DNA of 64,000 bases from a virus, in the IMG/VR virus record IMGVR_UViG_3300022752_000023, positions 1-64,000 of that record; one strand, given 5' to 3'. The notes below the pieces were generated by a model. That model worked only from the letters and a program-made list of their open reading frames with translations, searched no databases and was not told where the DNA came from. A program made the position numbers and the translations under genes. Every line of letters begins with the position of its first letter. Within the stretch, counting starts at the first letter, position 1. Below, piece by piece: positions 56,580 through 64,000 of the stretch.

Positions 56580-57023
56580 TCACCACTCGTTTTCAGTGGT
56601 GTTTGTTTCCATGATGCGCTCGTTGTGCTGATGTTTAATCTTGCATTTGAGCGTGTCGATTTCGATCTCGCCAAAGCTGCCTTCGTTGATCTCCCAACCG
56701 CCCGGAAGAAGATCCCAGAGCGTTTCAGAAAACTCCTCAAGCCTTTCGAGCGAAATGATGGGCTTGGCGTCAGTGCCGGTCGGCGTTGCGTACTGCCGTT
56801 TGAACTCTTCGAAATAAACTCTGCGGCCGTTTGTAGAAGCTTCCATAGCTTCGCTGTCGTGCTGTGCTACGGGGTCGCAGAACCAGAAGCAGAGTTCTTG
56901 AAAATCCCCAGAATCGCCGCTGCCGTCATACGACGCGACTACACGTGTCACGCCGACTGCAGTAAACAGCGGGCAGATTTCTTTGAGCGTTTCAATTGGC
57001 GTTTTGACTTTGGTTTTTGCCAT
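56580..57023 (-). CDS. DUF6878-like protein
   Basis: YDGSGDSG...GWEINEGSFG. Confidence 0.75.
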   Translation of the reverse strand: MAKTKVKTPIETLKEICPLFTAVGVTRVVASYDGSGDSGDFQELCFWFCDPVAQHDSEAMEASTNGRRVYFEEFKRQYATPTGTDAKPIISLERLEEFSETLWDLLPGGWEINEGSFGEIEIDTLKCKIKHQHNERIMETNTTENEW

Positions 57024-57024
57024 G

Positions 57025-57525
57025 TTAATAAGACGCGTACACCGTGCAGGGTTTACCGGTTTTCTTTTCCTTCTCCTCAGCAAGCGCGACAAAATTTTGA
57101 AACGACTTGACCACGCGATCCGCAAGGTTTGGGTCGCCGTATAGTCGCGTTTGCCGCTCACGCACAGCTTCCTCGACAGTCATTGGTCTGGTTGTGTCGC
57201 TTCTGATGTTTCCGCCTTCCACGACTTCGGCGCCGGTTGACTGCACCATATTCAAAAACATTTCAGCCAGCTGATGGCCTTCAGCTGTCATCGCGGGCTC
57301 TGTGACATGCGTCAGCCGCTCTCGCATGATTGCGGCTGGAATTTCCGCGCGGCAGTCATCGGCCTCGAACGCTTCGCGTACGAGAATGCGTGTGGCATAC
57401 GGCCCGCCGTGATACGCTTCGCGCAGATAGCCGACGTGGCCGGACGTAGTCGAAAAGCCGGTGGCTTGCGCTGACTTTTCTTCCTCATCCATTCCTTCCC
57501 ATTCCAGATAGATATCAATACCCAT
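57025..57525 (-). CDS. Hypothetical protein
   Basis: MGIDIYL...GYLREAYHG. Confidence 0.7.
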   Translation of the reverse strand: MGIDIYLEWEGMDEEEKSAQATGFSTTSGHVGYLREAYHGGPYATRILVREAFEADDCRAEIPAAIMRERLTHVTEPAMTAEGHQLAEMFLNMVQSTGAEVVEGGNIRSDTTRPMTVEEAVRERQTRLYGDPNLADRVVKSFQNFVALAEEKEKKTGKPCTVYASY

Positions 57526-57752
57526 TACTTGCCCCTCTTCTTTTTGCAGTTGAGTGCGGCGGTCATGTCAGACTTTGAGGCGTCGCTAATGTCGAGCGAG
57601 CAGCCACTGTCTTTGTGTGTCAGTACTATTTTTTTATCGAGCTTTTTGATGTCAGCAAGAACGGCAGCAGTTTCGGCAGCCGCCTCGTCTACAGCCTCGA
57701 TGACGTATGTTTCTGCTCGGGTGCGAGAAATGCGAACATGGAAATAAGGCAT
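57525..57752 (-). CDS. Hypothetical protein
   Basis: GAGGA RBS. Confidence 0.65.
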   Translation of the reverse strand: MPYFHVRISRTRAETYVIEAVDEAAAETAAVLADIKKLDKKIVLTHKDSGCSLDISDASKSDMTAALNCKKKRGK

Positions 57753-57764
57753 TGTGTCCTCGGT

Positions 57765-57809
57765 AAATAAAGAGAGGGCGCCGGGAGAACTAACCCCCGG
57801 CGCCCTCTA
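57765..57809 (-). terminator. Rho-independent terminator
   Basis: AGAGGGCGCCGGG...CCCGGCGCCCTCT followed by CTTTTATTT. Confidence 0.85.
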
Positions 57810-57840
57810 CAACTAGCTGTTGTTAATTACTGCCGGCAGT

Positions 57841-58164
57841 TCACTGGCAGCAGCAGCCACGGCAGCCACGGGCGCGAACCACGCGGGCCGGCGCCGTCAC
57901 AACGCGCACCGGAACCTCGACGACCGCGCGAGTGACCGTACGCGTCCGCTCGATCGTCCGACCGAACAGGGCAGCGCGGCACGAGCTGCGGCACGAGCTT
58001 TCCGTGCGGCAGGTGCCGTTGGCGCACGCTGGCGCCGCGTCCGCGACCACCGCCGGAGCAGCGGCCGCGGGCTGCACCAGCACGCTCTGGGGCTCGCCGG
58101 CATCGCCAGCAAACGCAACGGACGAAACGAACGCAAGGACCACAGCTGCAAAACAAGACTTCAT
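57841..58164 (-). CDS. Secreted Cys/Arg-rich small protein, planctomycete-like
   Basis: Signal peptide ending VAFA, CANGTC, C-terminal CRGCCCQ; AAGGAG RBS. Confidence 0.75.
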   Translation of the reverse strand: MKSCFAAVVLAFVSSVAFAGDAGEPQSVLVQPAAAAPAVVADAAPACANGTCRTESSCRSSCRAALFGRTIERTRTVTRAVVEVPVRVVTAPARVVRARGCRGCCCQ

Positions 58165-58233
58165 GTCAATCTCCTTGAACTACCGAACAAATATTGCCGC
58201 ACGCGCGGCAATAACCTGCTCAGCGATACTATC

Positions 58234-58261
58234 TGTATAGCTGAACAGGATTTTGTTGCAA
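58234..58261 (-). promoter_or_regulatory. Weak promoter candidate
   Basis: TTGCAA-N16-TATACA in an AT-rich gap. Confidence 0.3.
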
Positions 58262-58308
58262 CCCCAAAATCCAAAATAGATTTTGGGGAGTTTTGTCAAA
58301 ATGCGTAA

Positions 58309-58578
58309 TTACTCGCGCACTACGTGAACGTTGTACCAGAACATTTTGTCGTTGAGCCATTTGGCCTCGGCGGCGAGTGCGTCTGCGCGCGACTCAAAGT
58401 TGCGCAGACACGGCCCGCCGACTGGCGATAAATCTGCAATCCACTGTCCCGGAATTGTCGGGTCAGGCTCGACGTGACTGGCACGTTTGATATCAAGCTC
58501 ACCCAGCGCTTTTAGGTTGATCTCTTCGCCATAGAGACACTGCGCTGAGCCGTTTGGGCGAATGTATAGTTGCAGCAT
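58309..58578 (-). CDS. Conserved small protein of the AAA module
   Basis: G...CLYGEEI.L..LG...I.RASHVEP...W.ADLSPVGGP. Confidence 0.75.
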   Translation of the reverse strand: MLQLYIRPNGSAQCLYGEEINLKALGELDIKRASHVEPDPTIPGQWIADLSPVGGPCLRNFESRADALAAEAKWLNDKMFWYNVHVVRE

Positions 58579-58579
58579 G

Positions 58580-59581
58580 CTACATCGACATCAGGCGGCG
58601 AGAAGGTATTAGCTCGTTCATATTGACGGGTCGCGGCAAATGCGCCGCGGCGGCAGGTGTATACAAGTTTTGCCGCCGACGCTCAGACCGAGACACGTTG
58701 TACGCGTTAAATTGCGTGACGTTGTCAATGATTGCGCCGGCAAACAAAGCGTCGTCGTGTACGTCTTCACGCGTGTAGGTTTGCGTCGGGCCGTCATACG
58801 TAGGTCGAAAAATGATATGACCGCCTGCTACAACCGCGTGCCCGCGAAACGCCAGTAGCGCGTTGATTTGTTCGACGTTTGCGATGATGGCGTAATCGAC
58901 AACTTTCAGCCGCGAACGTTCGAATGTCGGGTCGTTTTGCTCTCGCGAGTAGATTGACACCTGCATCAGTTTGCTGCCTACGACCTGCGCTTTCCCGGCA
59001 ATAGTGACAAAGCCGCGAAGAACGGAGCTGCTGATTTGCGCCTCACCGCCGACGTACGCCTGCCCTTCCAGCGACGTTTGAATTGCAATAGCTTTTCCCG
59101 AAATACCGCAGTGACCGCGCAACGTGCAACTGATAACGCGGGCGTTGTCTCGGATAAAAGCGTTTTCATACGCTGTGGTCGAGCCCGAAACGATGCCGCC
59201 GTACACGCGCGCTTCGTTTGAGAATTGGCAGTCGTCCATCACGCGCGCGCGCCCGCTGATGCTCGCAAATTGGTTCAGTTTTACGTTTCCGCTGACGTGC
59301 GCGTATCCGCAGATCTGGGCCCGATCATGTACGCGTACGTTGCCCTCAACGCGGGCATTGTGATACACCTGCGCCAGTTTGTAAACAAAAACCGAATCGG
59401 CAACTTTCGCGGTATCTGCTACCCAGCCCTCGCCGTTAACGTGGCGATGCGCAAACACGCGGCCGTTACCGTCTTTGAAATCATGCTTTGACGCCCGTTT
59501 CTTCTTTGGTTTGACCGCGGCCATCACCTCTGCCGCCGCATCTAGTACGGCGACAGAGCTGTCTTTTTGTTCCTCCATCAC
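58580..59581 (-). CDS. Left-handed beta-helix (hexapeptide repeat) protein
   Basis: Repeats such as AQVYHN/ARVEGN/AQICGY/AHVSGN. Confidence 0.8.
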   Translation of the reverse strand: MMEEQKDSSVAVLDAAAEVMAAVKPKKKRASKHDFKDGNGRVFAHRHVNGEGWVADTAKVADSVFVYKLAQVYHNARVEGNVRVHDRAQICGYAHVSGNVKLNQFASISGRARVMDDCQFSNEARVYGGIVSGSTTAYENAFIRDNARVISCTLRGHCGISGKAIAIQTSLEGQAYVGGEAQISSSVLRGFVTIAGKAQVVGSKLMQVSIYSREQNDPTFERSRLKVVDYAIIANVEQINALLAFRGHAVVAGGHIIFRPTYDGPTQTYTREDVHDDALFAGAIIDNVTQFNAYNVSRSERRRQNLYTPAAAAHLPRPVNMNELIPSRRLMSM

Positions 59582-60525
59582 GACTCCATCGGAAGGACAC
59601 GCCGTCTTGGCGCGTTTGTGATCATGCTGTCTAGCGCCGTCTTTACCTCACCCATTTGCTGCGTCAGGCTTTGCCGCAGGTTTGTGTTCTTACGAAGATC
59701 CGCGACATCCACGCCAGACACGATGTTGGTCGCCTGCTCAATGAGCCTGTCGAGCTGTGCGTTAGACCGCACGTTCATACGCCGAAAGTTTTCAGAGAAC
59801 TCTTTGAAATTCTCGATTGCCGACGCCTTGAACGTCTTTTTCGTGCCATCGGGCTCGTCGGTCAGCCGCTCGATGAGGTGGGCGATCATGTCCTGCAGCT
59901 GCTCAGCAAACGCGTTTTCGGCCATAACGACCGCCGTTTCGAATCTGTGCTGTACGCGCTGCTGTTCTTGCTGATAAAGCTCAGGATTGAACGTCATCAG
60001 ATAATTCGGCGGCTCGACGGGCGGATACTCCCATCGGATATCAAATACGCCCTCCAGCGACGTCGGATAGTCCGCTGGGTTGTATAAGTCGCCAAGCTTT
60101 TCGCGGGCAGCTGTTTTGAGTGTTTCGTACTCCAGCTGTAAGTTTGCCGCAGCCGCGACTAGCTGCTCCTTGTATTCGCGCATCTTGTCTTCAAACGCGC
60201 CAATGTCCGATTGTTTAATCAGTCGGACACCGTCCTGCGGATAGGGCAGTGTCATTGAGCGCCAGTAAGCTGACGCTTGGCTCTTGAGCGTTGTTAACAC
60301 GCGATATGTCGTGTTCTTTGTATCAATCAGCCGTTTCGACGCGGTGACTAGATCAGTCGCGGCGTGAAACGTGTCAGCAGCTTGTTTGGTCTGCGCATCT
60401 GAAAGCTTGCGCTGCGTACCGAGCCACGAGAACGACAGCTTGACCGCGCCCATCGTCTGGCGCAGTTCGTCAGCCGTTCGCTCTACTGCTGCGGTTTCTG
60501 CTGGCGTTGTGTCTGTTGTAGACAT
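59578..60525 (-). CDS. DUF3150-like helical protein of the AAA module
   Basis: ASKRLID...TLPYP..GVRL...LGDLYNPADYP. Confidence 0.5.
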   Translation of the reverse strand: MSTTDTTPAETAAVERTADELRQTMGAVKLSFSWLGTQRKLSDAQTKQAADTFHAATDLVTASKRLIDTKNTTYRVLTTLKSQASAYWRSMTLPYPQDGVRLIKQSDIGAFEDKMREYKEQLVAAAANLQLEYETLKTAAREKLGDLYNPADYPTSLEGVFDIRWEYPPVEPPNYLMTFNPELYQQEQQRVQHRFETAVVMAENAFAEQLQDMIAHLIERLTDEPDGTKKTFKASAIENFKEFSENFRRMNVRSNAQLDRLIEQATNIVSGVDVADLRKNTNLRQSLTQQMGEVKTALDSMITNAPRRRVLPMES

Positions 60526-61116
60526 TCAGTCTTCCTCTTCGTCGGCTGTTTCTGCTTCATTGTTCACCCACTCGTCGATTCCGAACGCATTCACAAGCCC
60601 TTTTGGGAGCTTGGTTAACTCGTCTATATTGCGTGGAATACTAAACTCCTGAATCGCCCCATTTTGATATACGCCACAAAACCCTACGCCCGGCTCAAAG
60701 CAGTAGGCTGTGATATCAAAACCCTCGGCGGCGTGTAGGTGGTCAAAGAATTGAATTGGCGGCGACCATGCAGAATCAAACGTCAATGTGAGCTGTTTGG
60801 CTTTTGCGGATAGCCGCTTTGGCGTCTGATCCGTCTCGCGGCCGACATCCCACTTTGTTCCCCAGTGACCTATCTGCCAGTCATACCAATTCTTCGCCCC
60901 ATACAACTCCATGTTTTGCTGCTCCTGCGCTTCTAAAGCTAGTTGCGCCGTAGACCCGGATGGGCCGGCGCAACCGGCGATAGTCGCTTTCAGTTCAGCC
61001 GGGCACGGTAAAAACGTACTCATAAGACAACCACTGTTCCATGCGCGCACCAACTTGTGCAACTGCTCCGGGTCGTTGTGTTTAAACGTAACTTTGTTGG
61101 CGCACCAGTTAGGCAT
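60526..61116 (-). CDS. DUF1281/YubB ferredoxin-like protein
   Basis: MPNWCAN...WYDW...WGTKWD...FDSAWSPP...EPGVGFCG. Confidence 0.8.
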   Translation of the reverse strand: MPNWCANKVTFKHNDPEQLHKLVRAWNSGCLMSTFLPCPAELKATIAGCAGPSGSTAQLALEAQEQQNMELYGAKNWYDWQIGHWGTKWDVGRETDQTPKRLSAKAKQLTLTFDSAWSPPIQFFDHLHAAEGFDITAYCFEPGVGFCGVYQNGAIQEFSIPRNIDELTKLPKGLVNAFGIDEWVNNEAETADEEED

Positions 61117-61179
61117 GATTTGGCGTGCAATCCGCAGCTGCGGGGCGTTGCCGCCCCGCAGCCGCAGTCTTGCTAGCAC

Positions 61180-61716
61180 TTAGCCCTTTGCGGGTGCCGC
61201 GACGCGACGCGGACGTGACGACGTGACAGCCGGCTTACCGACACGCGTGTAAATACCGCGGTTGTCAGCCGACAGGCAGCGACCCTCAGCCCAGTTCCGC
61301 AGCCGCTCGATCTGCTCAGCCGACGTCACCGAAATCGGCACGACGTTCTGGGCAGCTTCAACGAGCGGAATGTCAAGCAGCGCTGCGAGCCTGCAGCACG
61401 ACTTGATCTCGGCGCCGGTCCAGTTGGTGTCGTCCGGCTTATCCTGTGCGGCGTCGACACCGAAATGCTTCAGGTAGATGTCCCAGATTGCCGCGCGCTG
61501 TTCGGCGCCCGGCAGATCTACAAAGAAAATACCGTCGAAACGCTCGGCGCGAGCAAACGGCGCCGGCAGCTGGCTGGCGTCGTTGCAGGTGCCGATAAAG
61601 AACACGTCCGACGTGTGGTCATTCAGCCACGTCAGGAGCGTACCAAACAGGCGCGCAGAAACGCCGCTGTCGGTCTGCCCGGATGAGCCTACGCCGGCGA
61701 GACCCTTTTCGATTTC
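61180..61716 (-). CDS. Ycf46-like AAA+ ATPase, exon 2
   Basis: Begins EIEKGLAG; LLTWLND, GTCND, RAERFDGIFFVDLP, TGAEI. Confidence 0.9.
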   Translation of the reverse strand, partial: EIEKGLAGVGSSGQTDSGVSARLFGTLLTWLNDHTSDVFFIGTCNDASQLPAPFARAERFDGIFFVDLPGAEQRAAIWDIYLKHFGVDAAQDKPDDTNWTGAEIKSCCRLAALLDIPLVEAAQNVVPISVTSAEQIERLRNWAEGRCLSADNRGIYTRVGKPAVTSSRPRRVAAPAKG

Positions 61717-62525
61717 CGTTGATGTTACGAATTAGCCGTTTCCGCTAATTCTCCTGTATTTTCATACAGGACCAGACTATGTCATCTTGTAGCGTCGCAC
61801 ATTGCATCGGTTGCACAAACCTTTCGATGCGTGCGGCGAAGTGGTTAGTCCGCAGGAAATGCATGCTTCGTATTGCGTGCTCCAACGGCCATTTTTTAAT
61901 AGTTTTGGTGTGGCGTATTTTGCTGTGCGTGCTGCCTGCAGTTCTGTTTTGTGTTCTAACAAATGACAGCGTCTACAGACAGTTTCAAGATTGTCTAAAG
62001 CGTTGTTAGGGTTTTTATTCCCTCGCCCTAGACGATCTTTGTGGTGCACGACAAGTTTTTTCTTTTTGCCGCAACGAGAACATTGTTGTTCGTCGCGTTT
62101 AATTACGGCTGTTCTTTCGCCGTTAAAATGTCGTTGTTCGCGGTAATTTTTTCGATACTGCAAACAATCGGCGTGGTTGTCGTAATACCATTGTTTTTTG
62201 GTGTTGGCTATGCGTTGACGATTTTTGTCGTCGTTGCGATAGCATTCCAAATAACAGATTTTGCACAGTCCTTTTGCCATATGCAGCCGTTCGGTCAGGC
62301 CGCACGATTGGCAACAGGAATATTTTTTTGACCACATCTCAAAACTCTACTACAAGGCCCCCATTTCGAACCCACTTGGGTCCTACGATCTTTCGATCTA
62401 GTCGTTGAACCTTCCAAGTATATTGCTACTTGGCTTGGCTGCAAGTTGCCCGGCTTACGCTGAGGGGTTTCTTGCAATTAAAGGGCTTTTCACTGATTTG
62501 TCGCCAAATCAGGGGACTGAACTCA
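61717..62525 (-). mobile_element. Group I intron (IA2-like, 809 nt) with HNH ORF
   Basis: P1 GGAU|...GUCC with U-G pair; P AATTGCAAGAAA; Q AACTTGCAGC; R GTTCAACGACTA; S AAGATGACATAGTC; terminal G; splicing restores LFVD-EIEK in frame. Confidence 0.92.
61777..62337 (-). CDS. Intron-encoded HNH homing endonuclease
   Basis: CSRCG..LVVHHKD...NNALDNLETVCRRCHLLEH. Confidence 0.9.
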   Translation of the reverse strand: MWSKKYSCCQSCGLTERLHMAKGLCKICYLECYRNDDKNRQRIANTKKQWYYDNHADCLQYRKNYREQRHFNGERTAVIKRDEQQCSRCGKKKKLVVHHKDRLGRGNKNPNNALDNLETVCRRCHLLEHKTELQAARTAKYATPKLLKNGRWSTQYEACISCGLTTSPHASKGLCNRCNVRRYKMT

Positions 62526-63473
62526 ATCCACAAACAACACGCACGGAGCCATTGCGTCAACCTGCTTGAGCGCGCGACGCATGTTACCCTCGGACTCGCC
62601 CACGAACTTGCCCATGAGCGAACCGAAATCCAGCATTACGGTCGGACGACCGACTTCGTTGCCAAGTGCTTTGGCAAACTGCGACTTGCCGCAGCCCGGA
62701 GGCGACAGCAAAAGAACGCCCTTGGGGCGCTTGTCTACGTTGGTTTCGCCTTGCCGCCGCATGGCGCGCAGGCAGAAACTCTTAAGGTTTTCGAGGCCGC
62801 CAAGATTCTCAAAGTTGGCGTCGCCACGATAGAGCGTCATCGTACCGCTCTTTTCAAGCGTCTGCGCCTTGATACCCCAGATCGTATCGGGCGACAGCTT
62901 GTTGTTGCGCACCAGCGACAGCGCGAACGCGTTCTCGGCCTCCTGCCGAGTCAGGCCGCGCGAGGCGTCAACCACCGCCGCGACTTCCTGCTCGGTCGGC
63001 TTGGCGAACGGGGAGCCGTCAGGGAACAGCTCGGTGCACACGGTCTTGAGCTGTTCCAGATCCGGCAGCTCGTGATGCACCACGGTAAACAACTTCTCTA
63101 CCTCGGGCTGCAGCTGCAGCACCGGCGCGACGATAATGATATGTTTACCCTCGCCCTTACCCTGCACGACGCGGTTTGCAAGTGCCTGCAGCACCTCCGG
63201 GTTGCCGAGAAACCGGTGAAAGTTCTTCAGCACAATAAGCATGGGCTGCTTGGGCTGCGGCTGATCAAGAAACCGCAACGCCTGTAGCGGGCCGGGAGCC
63301 TGCGCGTTCCCCGAATAAAGCTGGCGGTCGATGTCCCAGACATCGAATCCCCATTCCTTCTCTTCCGTTACACGACGAACCGACGCAATCGCGTCGTCGC
63401 ACTCCTGTGATTCAACCCAGATGCCGGAGAAGCCGGCGCATACCAGCTCCTTGATTTCTTTTTCGAGCGACAC
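62526..63473 (-). CDS. Ycf46-like AAA+ ATPase, exon 1 (spliced product about 494 aa)
   Basis: LGGLENLK, PKGVLLLSPPGCGKS, FVGESE, PCVLFVD. Confidence 0.92.
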
Positions 63474-63514
63474 TTGTTGCCTTTGATGTTGTTTTGTGTG
63501 TGGGCCAGTTATTG

Positions 63515-63706
63515 TCAGTTACTTTCAGCGATTTGCTCGTCGTTGCTGGCGGTATAGAACTCGCCAGTCAGTTGCTCATCCACCTTTGCGCCTAGCGCCT
63601 GTTCCAGCGCCCGCGTGGCATCCTGACACGAACTGCCGGTGAAACCGCTCGTCTCGATCTTGGTGCCGCCCTTCGGGTCGACAACGATATGAATGGTCTT
63701 CGACAT
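63515..63706 (-). CDS. DUF2997 family protein
   Basis: I.VDPKG...IETSGFTGSSC.DAT..LEQALG. Confidence 0.8.
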   Translation of the reverse strand: MSKTIHIVVDPKGGTKIETSGFTGSSCQDATRALEQALGAKVDEQLTGEFYTASNDEQIAESN

Positions 63707-63708
63707 GT

Positions 63709-64000
63709 TTAGAAACCTCCCGTCAGGCTGAGTTTGACCGAACCGTCCGGCAGCATTTCCTCGAACACCGAGTAGCCGCCCTTCTGCGCTTCGTAGATCG
63801 CCTTCTCGACCGCGTACGCCTGCAGGAACCTGTCCAGCTCTTCCTGCTTGCCCCACGCGCCGTTGTAGTTGTCATAGTTCGCGGCGCCGGTTTCCGTATT
63901 GAACACAGCCGGGAACTGCCAGCCGGGAAGCTTTACAGCGAGACCGTCCGCCGACTGCCCGGCGAAAAGAACGTGATGACCGGCCTTCGGCGTCTCAAGG
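63709..64000 (-). CDS. DUF1257 (Ycf35-like) protein, 5' end outside the window
   Basis: LPGWQFPAVF...YDNYNGAWG...QAYAVEK...GYSV.E..LPDGSVKL. Confidence 0.8.
   Translation of the reverse strand, partial: LETPKAGHHVLFAGQSADGLAVKLPGWQFPAVFNTETGAANYDNYNGAWGKQEELDRFLQAYAVEKAIYEAQKGGYSVFEEMLPDGSVKLSLTGGF

Noticed and set aside
38-63287. Plus-strand ORFs in the track (e.g. 12440-13120, 21994-22710, 62430-63287)
   Set aside because: They are antisense shadows of well-supported minus-strand genes, with no motifs or RBS.
61180-63473. AAA ATPase pseudogene, or two separate genes
   Set aside because: A group I intron explains the split and restores the frame and Walker B exactly.
1-64000. Stop-codon reassignment
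   Set aside because: Long conserved genes are intact in code 11 and end in TAA, TAG and TGA; no suppressor tRNA was seen.

Overview
This window is a 64-kb segment of a large tailed-phage (jumbo-type, Caudoviricetes-like) genome. Essentially all credible genes are on the minus strand and use the standard bacterial code; a Planctomycetota-like host is inferred, not shown. Reading in the direction of transcription (right to left), the first block is a DUF1257/DUF2997/Ycf46-type AAA+ module whose ATPase is split inside Walker B by a group I intron carrying an HNH gene. About 20 kb of small accessory genes follow, then a structured ncRNA candidate and two tRNAs (Gln-TTG and an initiator-like Met-CAT). 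Next is a replication/recombination operon: SbcD, SbcC, two unusual genes, an intein-split SF2 helicase, DnaB-like helicase, primase, UDG-fused PolA, probable SSB, DUF262 protein, RecA and RuvC. The window ends with a probable portal, a glycosyltransferase-like gene, an HD protein, thymidylate kinase and the start of a collagen-like fibre gene. The most striking observation is the adjacent pair between sbcC and the SF2 helicase: an IS110/Nop-domain (Tas-like) protein and a minimal stand-alone RAMP (Cas7/Csm3-like) protein. Both folds normally bind guide RNAs, yet no CRISPR, TIGR or other guide array is visible in the window. Many other genes look like catalytically degenerate copies of known enzymes. 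All family calls come from motif recognition by eye; no database searches were run.
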